The notes beneath the pieces are model-generated. The model made no database searches, was not told where the DNA came from, and saw only the letters and a list, made by a program, of their open reading frames with translations. Below, piece after piece: positions 15,403-25,380 of a stretch of 32,482 bases of DNA. This stretch comes from a virus. Its lineage: Duplodnaviria; Caudoviricetes. The stretch covers positions 1 to 32,482 of IMG/VR virus record IMGVR_UViG_3300048854_000272; one strand, 5' to 3'. A program made the translations under genes and the position numbers. Numbering within the stretch: position 1 is the first letter of the stretch; each line of letters opens with the position of its first letter.

Positions 15403-16356
15403 ATGGGTCGCGCACGCGGTTCAAATGCGAAGGCGTTCGGCGTCTTCGAGGTCACGCCCGGCACGGTGCCGGCGGCCGGCCCCAGTTGGTTCGGCATTCC
15501 GTTCGTCAGCCACTCGCTCGGCGAGGAGCGCCCGCTGATCGCATCCGACCTGCTTGGTCAGGGTCGCGAGACGCAGGATCCCACGCCCGACGTCGCCACC
15601 AACGACGGCGACCTGGTCGTGCCGGTCGACGTCCGTAACTTCGGCCACTTCCTCAAGCTGTTCTTCGGTGCGCCGACGACCACTGGCGAAGTTGGCGACG
15701 GCTACGATCACGTCTTCACGTCCGGTGCCGCGAACCTGCCGAGCATGTCGATCGAGATCGGCGCGCCGGAAGTGCCGGCCTTTTCCACGCACTACGGCGC
15801 GCGCGGCAACCAGCTGAAGATCAGCATGGCGCGATCCGGTCTACTCAATGCGACGGCCAGTCTGATCTGCATCGGCGAGAGCGCCCCGGCGAACGCCAGC
15901 GCCGCCGGCGTCGGCGCCACGGCCGCGCTCGCGATCCAGCGCTTCCCGCAAGCCACGGGTAGCGTGACGAAGGACGGCGCGGCGCTCGGCAGCGTCGTCG
16001 CGGCAGACTTCACCTTCTCGAATAGCCTCGAGAAGGTCGAGACGATCAAGCCCGACGGTCGCATCGAGGACAGCGATCCGGGCATGGTCAGCATGACGGG
16101 TTCCGTCACGGTCCGCTTCAAGGACACGACCCTGCTCGCAGCGGCGACGGCAGGCACGCCGTGCGAGCTCGATTTCGGCTGGACGATCGGCACCTTCAGC
16201 CTCATTTTCGCCGTACCCCGTGTCTTCCTGCCACCGGCGAAGCGTCCGATCACTGGCCCGAACGGCATCCAGGTGCAGTTCAACTGGCAGGCGAGCGGCG
16301 CAGATGCGGCGGCGGTCACCGCAACGCTGCATAACGACGTGGCGACCTATGCTTAA
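15403..16356 (+). CDS. Major tail tube protein
   Basis: MGRARGSNA, LGEERPLIASDLLGQGR, LPSMSIEIG, ITGPNGIQVQFNWQA motifs; RBS GGAG. Confidence 0.9.
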   Translation: MGRARGSNAKAFGVFEVTPGTVPAAGPSWFGIPFVSHSLGEERPLIASDLLGQGRETQDPTPDVATNDGDLVVPVDVRNFGHFLKLFFGAPTTTGEVGDGYDHVFTSGAANLPSMSIEIGAPEVPAFSTHYGARGNQLKISMARSGLLNATASLICIGESAPANASAAGVGATAALAIQRFPQATGSVTKDGAALGSVVAADFTFSNSLEKVETIKPDGRIEDSDPGMVSMTGSVTVRFKDTTLLAAATAGTPCELDFGWTIGTFSLIFAVPRVFLPPAKRPITGPNGIQVQFNWQASGADAAAVTATLHNDVATYA

Positions 16357-16945
16357 GCTCGGTGGCTTTCCCGGCGGCTGGGAGGATTATGTCCTGGGCG
16401 CCCGCGTCCGGTTCGCGCCGATCGGCCCGAAGGCGGTGCGCCGCGCGCGCATCGCCTGCGCGGCCGCGCTGCGCGTCGACGTCGCCGACATCGAGGAGGC
16501 CGGCGACGCGCTGTCTCGCGAGCTGATCCGCCGCGGCATCGTCGAATGGGCAGGTATCGAGGACGCCAAAGGCGAGCCCTTGACGCCGGCTACCCTCGTG
16601 CCCGTCTTCGACGCCTACGGGGAACCGGTTCTCGATGACGATCAGCAGCCGGTCATGCAGGCGGCAGTCGAGCTGTTCATCGCCGATGCGACCGCCTTCG
16701 AATGGGCCGATCGCGTCTATGTGAGGCCCTGGGCGGACAGGGAACGGGAAAAAAACGGTTGGGCCGGCTCGCCGAATGGCACTTCGACGGGGGCGACGCC
16801 GGCGCCCGATACTGCCAGCTCAGTTGCTCCGCCGGAGACGGGGAGCGATGCCGCCCCGATCCGGAAACGGGCGAGGGCGGGCTCTGCCCGTACCTCGAGC
16901 ACGAACCGGAAACCGAGGCGGCCGAGGAAGTCTGGGAAGTCCTAG
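16349..16945 (+). CDS. Tail assembly chaperone (gpG-like)
   Basis: ATG 16349 overlaps the tube gene end; IVEWAGIEDAKGEPL motif; sequence after EKN becomes low complexity. Confidence 0.8.
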   Translation: MLKLGGFPGGWEDYVLGARVRFAPIGPKAVRRARIACAAALRVDVADIEEAGDALSRELIRRGIVEWAGIEDAKGEPLTPATLVPVFDAYGEPVLDDDQQPVMQAAVELFIADATAFEWADRVYVRPWADREREKNGWAGSPNGTSTGATPAPDTASSVAPPETGSDAAPIRKRARAGSARTSSTNRKPRRPRKSGKS

Positions 16946-17136
16946 CCGGCTGCGCTGGTCAGCTGCGCACTGCTGGCTTCGGTCACCCCTACGCGCTTGA
17001 TTACAACGCGGTGCTGAGACTGGGCGAAGCCCGGTGCGTCGATATGCAACTGCTGGCGGAAGTCCTGCCAGCGGTCGAGCCGCATATCGTCGGCGCGCAT
17101 CATGACGACGGTGAGGGAGGCGACGCAGATGTCTGA
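16750..17136 (+). CDS. Tail chaperone frameshift extension (gpT-like), reached by -1 frameshift
   Basis: In-frame slippery heptamer A AAA AAC at 16750-16756; the -1 frame stays open to 17136 (LAEWHF...CPY...GQLR...ALDY) and overlaps the tape measure start. Confidence 0.8.
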   Translation, partial: KKRLGRLAEWHFDGGDAGARYCQLSCSAGDGERCRPDPETGEGGLCPYLEHEPETEAAEEVWEVLAGCAGQLRTAGFGHPYALDYNAVLRLGEARCVDMQLLAEVLPAVEPHIVGAHHDDGEGGDADV

Positions 17137-20100
17137 CCGCTCCGTCTCCATTCGTCTCGGCACCGAGGGCAAGGCCCAGGTGAAGTCGGACTTCACCGAG
17201 ATCGCCGACAGCGGGGATGCGTCCGCAAAGCGCCTGGTCGCATCGTACGATAAGGCTGGCGACGACATCGAGAAGGCGCTCGCGCGTCGCGATGCTGCCG
17301 CCGCCAAGATTCAGGCGATGATGCCGAGCCCGGTGCAGGCCACGATCGAGGCGAACAACGGCAGTCGCGTCGGCCAGCGCGACGCCGGCGGCGGTCCATC
17401 GGCGGGCCAGAATGCCACGGCGACCGAATATGCCGCGCTGCTCGCCCAGCAGGAAAAGCAGGTCGCGGCGGTCCGCGCGGCGATCGACCCGCTCTACACC
17501 GCCCAGAAGCGGTACGATGACGAGATCCGCGTTGCCGACGGCCTGTTGAAATCAGGTGCGATCAGCGAAGCCGAGCACGCCGCCGCTGTTGGATTGTCGG
17601 GGAAGGCACTTGCGGCGGCGGAGCGAGAGCTCGGCGGCCACAGCAACGCGCTCAGCTTGAACCGCAACCAGCTCATCATCGGCGAGAGCGCGGTTCATCG
17701 CTTCGTCGACTCGATCCTCGCCGGCCAAAGCCCGATGAAGGCGTTCGCCATGCAGGCGGGCGATGTCGGCAACGTTCTCTCGATGGACGACGGTGGCGTC
17801 GCTGGCGGGCTGGCTAAGGTGCGCGCATTACTGACGCCGACCAACCTCACTTTGGGGGCGACCGCCGCCCTCGTCGCGATCGGCGCGGCGGCCTGGTACT
17901 CGTATAGCTCGGCGCTCGAGAAGCTCGAAGCCATATCGCAGGGCGCCGGTCGCGTGCTCGGCGAGAGCGGCGCCGAACTTGAGGCGAATGCCGAAGCCGC
18001 AGCCGCAGCCGGAAACATCAGTATTTCGTCCGCGCGCGAGATCGAGCAGGCCTACCTTGGCGTAGCGAAGTCGGGGGACGTGCTTGTAGGTCTCACCGCG
18101 ATCACCAAGGACTTTGCCGCCGCGACCGGTACGGACGCAAAGGCTGCGGAGCAGGCGCTCACCAGCATCTTCAGCGACCCGATCGCGGGAGCGAACGAGT
18201 TGGCCGAGAAATACGGCATGCTTAGTCAAGCGCAGGTCGACCATATCGCAAAGCTGGTTGAAGAAGGGCAGGCGACCCAGGCGCAGCGCGAATTACTCGA
18301 GGATCTGGGTAAGTCGGTCGATGGCGCGTCTGATCACGTCACTGGCCTGGCCGCGGCTTGGGACCTTGTGAAGACGAAGGCATCGAACGCTTTCAGTGCC
18401 ATCGGTTCGTATCTCAATCGCGAGGGCCCGGGCCTCGTTTTCTCGCTTACGGGCATTCCGCTCCCCGGCACATTCGGTGAAGGCAAAGGCCCGCCGCCAC
18501 GCCAGAACGATGCTGCCGCCAACAAGGCCCGCGCGGACGCTGCCGCACTTGCCCAGCGGTACCAGGGCGACGATCGCGACAAAATCCAATCGACGATCGG
18601 CGTGTTGCGCGCCGGTATTGCCGCCGGCGGCGCTCCGGACGAGGTGAAGGCCTGGACGGACGCGCTGCAGGCCAACGAACATGCGCTGACGACCTGGATC
18701 CCCGCTCAGCAGAAAGCGACCGAGCTCGCGTCGCTGGACGCCAAGATCGCGGCCGCCAAATCCCCAGCGGACAAGGCTGCGCTTGCTGCGCAGCGGGCAC
18801 GGGTGGAACTCCAGGGAAAGGTTATCACCGGCGCGGACGCTGAAGCCCAGGCTCATTCCAAAGGGGCGGCGGCATTGGCGACAGCCAGCCGCGCTGGTGC
18901 TGGCCACGCTGCTACGCTGGCGCGCGAGGCGGCTTCGATGGAGGCCAGCGCGCGCGCCGCTCTCGATGTCGCAGCGGCCTACCTGCAGAGCGACGGCGCC
19001 GGGGCGCTTGCCGAAGCTCGGCGCAAGGCGATCACCGACGCCACGAAGAAGGGTATCGATGTCGAGGCGGAAGCCCGGCGCCAGATCGCGCTGAGCATCG
19101 CCGACAGCATTGCGTCCGGTGCGAAGTCCGTGTCGGGCCTCCGTCTCGAGACGGCCGCGAGGACCTCGGTCAACCTGCAGGTATCGAACGGCGCTCTGGC
19201 AGTCGGCTTGATGAACCAGGCGCTCGGCGATGAGGCTGCGCTCCGTCCTTTGCTCAAGCTGCAGGCGCTCGCCCAAGGCGATGCGCTCGCGCAGTTGACC
19301 ACCGTCATCGACGTCTATCGCAAGGCGCTTGCCGAGGCTCATGCGGAGGAAGCGCACGGCCAGGCGCTCCAGTCCCTCGATGCGCTGAAGCAGCGCGTCG
19401 ACGATGCCCGTCTCGCCACGCAGTTCGCCGGCGACACCAGCGGCAACGCCGATCGGGCCCGCGCGCGCGCCGCCGGTAATCGCGAAGCCGATCAGCGCGG
19501 CTACAACGACAATGATCGATCTGCCGTCGTGCAGGGCAATGTCGATGCGACCAGCGCCGAGCTCACGGCGCGGCGGGCGCAGTCGGCGGCCGAGGCACTG
19601 CGCACGTCGCAGAACCAGGTGGAGCTCACGCAGGCCGAGGTCGGCTTGATCGGCAAATCCGCTGACGAGCATGATCGCGTCGTGTCGCGCCTGCAGCTTC
19701 AGCAGCAGCTCGCCCAGGAGCTCGGTGACGATTACGCGAAATTCGCGCCTTCGATCTTGGCCGCAGCCGATGCGGCGGTGCAGGACCAGCAGCGATTCAA
19801 GCAGCTGCAGAGCACGATGTCCGAGCTGCAGAGCACGGGCGATCAGTTCATCGACACCCTGTTCCGTCCAAACGGCGACGTCCTGAAAAGCCTGCTGAAG
19901 GAGGTCGAGCAAGAGCTGCTCAAGCTCGCCGCCATCAATCCGCTGAAGAACCTGTTGCTGGGTGAAAGCAATCCCACATTGGCCAGCGTCGGCGGTCTCC
20001 TCGGTGGAAAGTCCGGAAGTGGCCTCGGCGGGCTGCTCGGCAAGGTGTTGGGGCACGGCGTCGATCTGAGTTCGCTCGACAGTCCCGCGCTCAACATCGG

Positions 20101-20473
20101 CGGCGGCATCCCATCCAGTATGGCCGTTTCCTCGATCGACCTGTCGTCGTTCATTCCCCACTTCGCCTCGGGCACCGAATATTCGCCGGGCGGATTCGCC
20201 GACGTCGGCGAAAACGGCATGGAGCGCGTGTTCCTGCCGCAAGGATCGAAGGTCACCAACGCGGCCGACACCCGTCGCATGATGAGCGCGGCGAACGATC
20301 CCGCGCATATCAAGGTCTCGGTCGAAACCAACGACCCGGCCTTCACGGCCAAGATCTCGAGTATTTCCGGCGCACACGTCCAGGCCGCTGCACCCTCGAT
20401 CCGCGCCGGCGCGGTCAGCGACGTGAAAGAGCATTACGCTCGCCAGGGCCGCAACCGGTATCCGGGGGGCTGA
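17129..20473 (+). CDS. Tail tape measure protein
   Basis: About 1114 aa, Ala-rich and helical; GQSPMKAFAMQAG lambda-type motif, C-terminal HFASGT...VGENGME; RBS GGGAGG before ATG 17129. Confidence 0.95.
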   Translation: MSDRSVSIRLGTEGKAQVKSDFTEIADSGDASAKRLVASYDKAGDDIEKALARRDAAAAKIQAMMPSPVQATIEANNGSRVGQRDAGGGPSAGQNATATEYAALLAQQEKQVAAVRAAIDPLYTAQKRYDDEIRVADGLLKSGAISEAEHAAAVGLSGKALAAAERELGGHSNALSLNRNQLIIGESAVHRFVDSILAGQSPMKAFAMQAGDVGNVLSMDDGGVAGGLAKVRALLTPTNLTLGATAALVAIGAAAWYSYSSALEKLEAISQGAGRVLGESGAELEANAEAAAAAGNISISSAREIEQAYLGVAKSGDVLVGLTAITKDFAAATGTDAKAAEQALTSIFSDPIAGANELAEKYGMLSQAQVDHIAKLVEEGQATQAQRELLEDLGKSVDGASDHVTGLAAAWDLVKTKASNAFSAIGSYLNREGPGLVFSLTGIPLPGTFGEGKGPPPRQNDAAANKARADAAALAQRYQGDDRDKIQSTIGVLRAGIAAGGAPDEVKAWTDALQANEHALTTWIPAQQKATELASLDAKIAAAKSPADKAALAAQRARVELQGKVITGADAEAQAHSKGAAALATASRAGAGHAATLAREAASMEASARAALDVAAAYLQSDGAGALAEARRKAITDATKKGIDVEAEARRQIALSIADSIASGAKSVSGLRLETAARTSVNLQVSNGALAVGLMNQALGDEAALRPLLKLQALAQGDALAQLTTVIDVYRKALAEAHAEEAHGQALQSLDALKQRVDDARLATQFAGDTSGNADRARARAAGNREADQRGYNDNDRSAVVQGNVDATSAELTARRAQSAAEALRTSQNQVELTQAEVGLIGKSADEHDRVVSRLQLQQQLAQELGDDYAKFAPSILAAADAAVQDQQRFKQLQSTMSELQSTGDQFIDTLFRPNGDVLKSLLKEVEQELLKLAAINPLKNLLLGESNPTLASVGGLLGGKSGSGLGGLLGKVLGHGVDLSSLDSPALNIGGGIPSSMAVSSIDLSSFIPHFASGTEYSPGGFADVGENGMERVFLPQGSKVTNAADTRRMMSAANDPAHIKVSVETNDPAFTAKISSISGAHVQAAAPSIRAGAVSDVKEHYARQGRNRYPGG

Positions 20474-20479
20474 TCCGAG

Positions 20480-21073
20480 ATGTCGATCGAGCTTCCGCAG
20501 CCACGGCTGCCACAGACGGCCGTGCCACGCTTTCTTGACTACGGCGGCGTACTGAGCCCGCCGGGTGGCGGCATCGGCCAGCAATTCATTCGCCCAGGCA
20601 GATTCGCGATGGTGATCAACTATCCGCGGCTCCGGCCTGATCCCGACGGCCGCATCCTGATGTCTGCCATCCGAAGGGCGAAGCTGGAGGGCGCGCTCTT
20701 TCCGGTCCCGGAACCGGGCATCGCCGCCGTCGCTTACGGCACCCCGCAAGTGAACGGCGTCGGCCAAACCGGCATGTCGCTTCAGTTGAAGGGCCTCACG
20801 CCCGACATCACCATCCTTGATGGCAAGTTCTTCTCGATCATCTTCGGTGGACGCCGCTATCTCCACCACGCAACCGCCGACACGGCCGTGACCGCCGGGG
20901 GCAGTTGTTTGCTGCCGATCTTCCCGATGTTGCGGGTCTCGCCGAACGACAGCGCGACCATCGAGCTCGCGAAGCCTTACATCGAGGGGACGCTAGGAGG
21001 GAGCACGGTCGACGTGGAGCTGGCGATCGCCAGGGCGACACCGGCGTCACTGACCATCACCGAGCTGGCTTGA
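20480..21073 (+). CDS. Distal tail protein (probable)
   Basis: 197 aa directly after the tape measure; PIFPMLRVSP...IELAKP motif. Confidence 0.7.
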   Translation: MSIELPQPRLPQTAVPRFLDYGGVLSPPGGGIGQQFIRPGRFAMVINYPRLRPDPDGRILMSAIRRAKLEGALFPVPEPGIAAVAYGTPQVNGVGQTGMSLQLKGLTPDITILDGKFFSIIFGGRRYLHHATADTAVTAGGSCLLPIFPMLRVSPNDSATIELAKPYIEGTLGGSTVDVELAIARATPASLTITELA

Positions 21074-21666
21074 TGACCAGCTTCTCGGTTGCCAATGATC
21101 AGGCGCTTGCCCAGCCGAGCGTGATGCTCGTCGGTGTGTGCAAGATGGTGCTCCCGACGAAGACGGTGCGTCTGATCGACGCCTCGGTCGCGGCTCGCGT
21201 CGGCGCGGATCTGTACGAGGGCTCCGACCCGACATTCGGCTCGCTCTACGCGCTGTCCGACTTCACCGACGGCGCAGTCAATGAAGCGCCTTCGTTCACG
21301 CTGACCTTCGCGCCAGCGAGCGATGCCGCGGCGATCGCGCTGTCTTCGCCTGCGATGCAGGGCTCGCCGCTCTCGCTCTCGCTCGGCATCCTCGTGCCGG
21401 CGACGGGATTGTTCGTCGACACGCCGGAACTGATCCTCTCGGGTCAGCTCGATTATCCCGTGCTGCGCGGCGAGGACAACAGTCGCCTGCTCGATCTCAT
21501 GATCACCGCCGACACCGAACAATTCTTCCGCGGTGACGACGGCACCCGACTGTCCGACGCGTGGCAGCAGATGCGTTACCCCGGCGAGACCGGGCTCGGC
21601 CAGGTCAGCGGCATCCTTCAACAATTCTGGTGGGGCCAGTCCCCGCTCTCGGGGGTATCGCGATGA
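21073..21666 (+). CDS. Tail tip/hub protein (probable)
   Basis: TGATG coupling; RLSDAWQQMRYPGETGL...WWG C-terminus typical of this position. Confidence 0.7.
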   Translation: MTSFSVANDQALAQPSVMLVGVCKMVLPTKTVRLIDASVAARVGADLYEGSDPTFGSLYALSDFTDGAVNEAPSFTLTFAPASDAAAIALSSPAMQGSPLSLSLGILVPATGLFVDTPELILSGQLDYPVLRGEDNSRLLDLMITADTEQFFRGDDGTRLSDAWQQMRYPGETGLGQVSGILQQFWWGQSPLSGVSR

Positions 21667-22097
21667 TCCGCAAATCCTCCCACATAATGACGCGCCGTGT
21701 TGCCGCGGCGCAGGCTACGCTCGATCATTTCGAGGGCAAGCCCTTCGCCTGGGGTAGCTGCGACTGCAGCCGCATCATCGCCTGGCATCTGCGCAAGTTG
21801 GGCCACAAGCCCGGCGTCGCTCGCTTCGGCAATTATCGGACGGCGCTTGGCGCGCGCGCGGCGCTGACGCGCGGAGGCTTCGCGTCGCTAGCCGACGTAA
21901 TCGACGCGATCGGACTTCCGCGCATCGCGCCTGCGGCCGCGCTCGTCGGCGATATCGTCCAGGGCGAGAGCGGCGATCCGTTCGGCGCCATGGGGATTTA
22001 TCTCGGCAACGGCGCGATGCTCGGCTTTCACGAGGACGCTCCCGGCGCGACCAAGCTGCGCCGTATCGCGCTCTCGACAGCCTGGAGCGTTGCGTGA
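21663..22097 (+). CDS. NlpC/P60-like tail-associated protein (DUF6950-like)
   Basis: PFAWGSCDC motif and GDIV; ATGA and GTGA overlaps. Confidence 0.8.
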   Translation: MIRKSSHIMTRRVAAAQATLDHFEGKPFAWGSCDCSRIIAWHLRKLGHKPGVARFGNYRTALGARAALTRGGFASLADVIDAIGLPRIAPAAALVGDIVQGESGDPFGAMGIYLGNGAMLGFHEDAPGATKLRRIALSTAWSVA

Positions 22098-25000
22098 GCA
22101 AGTTCCTGCGCACCGCGGCCGAGATAGTCGGCGTCGCCGCGCTCGCGGTGACCGGCGTTGGAGCCGTTGTTGGCGCCGCTGCCTTCACGGCTTTTGCCGG
22201 AATCACGGCAGGCGCGCTGGCGGCCGACATTGGCTTGGGCGCTGCCGCCCTGGGCGTGCTCGGCGCCCTGACCGCGAAGAAGCCCGCGACGATCGCGACC
22301 CCGACCGAGTGGCAATCCGATCCGCAGGCCGGCGTGCCGCATATCGGCGGCCGCATGTATGCTTCGGGCCAGATCGTCTACCGGGCGACCTTCGACAAAG
22401 ACAATGTCAACGAGACGCTCAACACCGTCTATTCGACGGGTCCCATCAGGGGTTTCGAGGGCTGGTATTTCTCGGGCGTCCTGTCGCCGATCGACGGCAA
22501 CGGCCACCCGACCAATGTCGTCGATGGCGAAAAGATCTTTCTTGGCAGCCAGCTCGGCCGTCAGCCCGAACTGCTGCCGATCGCGGGAACGAACAATCCC
22601 GGCATAACTGCTGCATCCAAGCTGTCCGGGCTGGCGGCCTCGACGGTCACGTTCAGCTATGACACGACCGGTGGCCGAACCTTCACGACCGAGCCGAACA
22701 TCGGCGCGGTGGTGCTCGGGACGCCCGTCTATGATCCCCGGCAGGACAGCACATACCCTGGCGGCGCAGCGAACGGACCGCAGCGCTGGAACGACGAGAC
22801 CACCTGGAGCTTCACGGGCTACGACAATCCGGGCCTGAAGGCGCTCTCCTGGCTGATCGGCTATCGCCAGAATGGCTATATCGTTGCTGGCGTCGGCCTG
22901 CCGCTCCAGTCGATCAACGTCGCGCAGTTCGTCGAGATGGCGAACGTCTGTGACGCCAATGGCTGGAAGTGCGGCTTCGAGGCCAAGTCGACAGATCCGT
23001 CGTTCCAGGTGTTCGCGCAGATCCTGCAGGCCGGTGGCGCTGTCCCGACGCGGAACGGCGCGATCACCGGTTGCATGGTCAACGCGCCGAAGGTCAGCCT
23101 CGCGACCTTCGAGATCGACGACATCATCGGCTCCTGGAGCGTCCAGGGGTCCCAATCGCGCCGCGATCGCATCAACGCGATCGTGCCGCGATATATGGCC
23201 GAGCAGTCGTTCGTTGGCGAAACGACAGACAAAAACGGCAACATCGTCCTTCAGACTACCGTGACCTGGGGTATGCAGGCCGCCGGCGTCGTCGCCGTCG
23301 CGAGCTATGCGGCGGAAGACGGCGTGTTTCAGCTCGACGAGCTCGGCAACATCGTCCTCGACCAGAACGACAACCCGGTCCGCGTACCGGCGGTGCGGCT
23401 GAAGGGCGTCGACTATCCCTATGTGACAGGCGTTTCGACCAACGGTCAGGCGCCCCCGCAAGTCGCCCAGCTCGCGCGCTACGACATCGAGAACGCGCGA
23501 GAGTTCGGCCCGATCACGCTGCCGATGAAACCCCGTTGGATGGGGTACCGCGCGGGCGACGTGATTACCGGCGGCGCGAGCGTCACCGAGCTCGGCCTGG
23601 TCGGCCAGGACATCATGATCATGCAGCGCCAGTTCTCGGCTGCGAACATGACGGTCACGATGACCGCGCGCTCCGAGACCGCCGCGAAACACGCCTTTGC
23701 GCTCGGCCAGACGACGATCGCGCCTCCGACGCCCGTGCTGAGCGGGCCTCCGCTTATCCCGACGCCCGGGCCCGCCGCTTGGGCGCTGACCGCCGGGCAG
23801 CTTACCGCGGCGAACGGCACCGCCGCGGCGGCTTTGTTTCTGACTGGAGCGCCAGACAGCAGTGTCATCGACGCGATCATCGTGGAGATGCGCGTCGCGA
23901 CGGGCCAGCAGGACAGCAGCGCGGATTGGGAAGGCGTGACCACGCTCGCCCCGAACTTCTCGGGGCAGCTGTCGATCGTGAACGTGATGGACGAGGCCGT
24001 CTATCAGGTCGCCGTCAGCTATCGGACACCCGCAGGCGTCGGCAACCGGCTCATCCTTGGCCCGGCGACGGCCGGGCAGACCGCCGTCCCTTGGACGGGG
24101 GGCGTCGTCGGGCCCGGTAAACCCGAGGACGGGGCGACGGTCGGCGCGCCGGCAGGTACGGACGTAGGAGGCCGCGAGGCGGCCGCGCTGGTCAGCGACG
24201 TCGATCTGAACGCGAACACGCTGCTGGCCTATCAATTCGACCAGCAGACCCTGCGCGATTATGTGAACGGTCTGCTCTTCGTGTCCGGCGTGCCGGTCAA
24301 CACGGCCATCGCCACCGAGACCAGCCAGCGGATCGACGGGCAGAACGCGCTGGCGCAAGAGATCGGCCTGATCGGCGCCAGCAACCCGGCTGGCTCGGCG
24401 TTCATCCTCAATCTGAACACGGTGCAGCTCGGGAATGGCACGAGCATGTTCGATCGGCTCGCGGGCATTGACGCAGAGGTCGGAAACGTCGCTGACAGCG
24501 TCACCACGATCAACAGCCAGTTGGGGACGGCGCAGGCATCGATCACCACGCTCAACGAGGTCCTGACGACACCGAGCGGCGGCGCCAGTGCGAAAGCGCT
24601 CTTCCAGCTCGGCGCCAATGGTCACGTCGTGGGCTATGCGGAGACGAACGACGGGACGACCGGCGCGATCGTCTTCGACTTCGACAGCTTCACGATACTG
24701 CGGCCGGACGGGGCGGTGCTGCTGACCAACGATGGCGACACGCTGAAGCTGCCGTCCGTCGAGATCGACACGCTGAAAATTTCGACCGCCGTTACACCCG
24801 TTCGTGCATCGGCAACGTCGACTATTTCCGGCACCTATTCGGGCTCCCTCGATCCCCTCGGCAATATTCCTCAGGCCAGTACCAGCACCGTCCTTACCGT
24901 CGTTATCTCGATGCAAGTGCCAGGATGGATAGAGGCCACCGCAGTCTCCAAACAAGGTTTTGCCCACCCGGAAGATTCTCATCCGTGGGCCTTTGCGTTG

Positions 25001-25189
25001 GATGTGAACGGTACATTGCTTCCTGAGGCGTATACCTACGGCCAGGTTCCGCAAGACACTGTCCCACTTCAAGGGTCGTTCTACGCGACGACGCCCGGCA
25101 ACTACACCGTCAACTTTCGCTGGGCCGGAGACAGCACGACTTCGCTGATCGGCCGCAGCCTGTTCGTCAAGGGATACCCCTTTACATGA
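22094..25189 (+). CDS. Central tail tip/host-specificity protein (gpJ-like)
   Basis: 1031 aa; VYDPRQDSTYPGG...WSF..NP motif, Fn3-like segment, coiled region, then DUF1983-like GANGHVVGY...FDFDSFTI. Confidence 0.9.
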   Translation: MSKFLRTAAEIVGVAALAVTGVGAVVGAAAFTAFAGITAGALAADIGLGAAALGVLGALTAKKPATIATPTEWQSDPQAGVPHIGGRMYASGQIVYRATFDKDNVNETLNTVYSTGPIRGFEGWYFSGVLSPIDGNGHPTNVVDGEKIFLGSQLGRQPELLPIAGTNNPGITAASKLSGLAASTVTFSYDTTGGRTFTTEPNIGAVVLGTPVYDPRQDSTYPGGAANGPQRWNDETTWSFTGYDNPGLKALSWLIGYRQNGYIVAGVGLPLQSINVAQFVEMANVCDANGWKCGFEAKSTDPSFQVFAQILQAGGAVPTRNGAITGCMVNAPKVSLATFEIDDIIGSWSVQGSQSRRDRINAIVPRYMAEQSFVGETTDKNGNIVLQTTVTWGMQAAGVVAVASYAAEDGVFQLDELGNIVLDQNDNPVRVPAVRLKGVDYPYVTGVSTNGQAPPQVAQLARYDIENAREFGPITLPMKPRWMGYRAGDVITGGASVTELGLVGQDIMIMQRQFSAANMTVTMTARSETAAKHAFALGQTTIAPPTPVLSGPPLIPTPGPAAWALTAGQLTAANGTAAAALFLTGAPDSSVIDAIIVEMRVATGQQDSSADWEGVTTLAPNFSGQLSIVNVMDEAVYQVAVSYRTPAGVGNRLILGPATAGQTAVPWTGGVVGPGKPEDGATVGAPAGTDVGGREAAALVSDVDLNANTLLAYQFDQQTLRDYVNGLLFVSGVPVNTAIATETSQRIDGQNALAQEIGLIGASNPAGSAFILNLNTVQLGNGTSMFDRLAGIDAEVGNVADSVTTINSQLGTAQASITTLNEVLTTPSGGASAKALFQLGANGHVVGYAETNDGTTGAIVFDFDSFTILRPDGAVLLTNDGDTLKLPSVEIDTLKISTAVTPVRASATSTISGTYSGSLDPLGNIPQASTSTVLTVVISMQVPGWIEATAVSKQGFAHPEDSHPWAFALDVNGTLLPEAYTYGQVPQDTVPLQGSFYATTPGNYTVNFRWAGDSTTSLIGRSLFVKGYPFT

Positions 25190-25380
25190 TCGCGATGCTT
25201 TATGACGAAGCCGGCGCGATTCGGCAGACCGTCGTCGGGCAACAGGACCTGATCGAGGCGACCGCCTCGGTTATGGGCTTGAAGTGGCTCGCCTATGACG
25301 GTCCCTACGATCCTGGGGCGATCGACGCTTTCGATGCGAGCCATCGTGTCGTCAACGGCCAGTTCGCGGCGATCGGCTGA
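25186..25380 (+). CDS. Small hypothetical tail-associated protein
   Basis: 64 aa, coupled at both ends (ATGA, TGATG). Confidence 0.65.
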   Translation: MIAMLYDEAGAIRQTVVGQQDLIEATASVMGLKWLAYDGPYDPGAIDAFDASHRVVNGQFAAIG

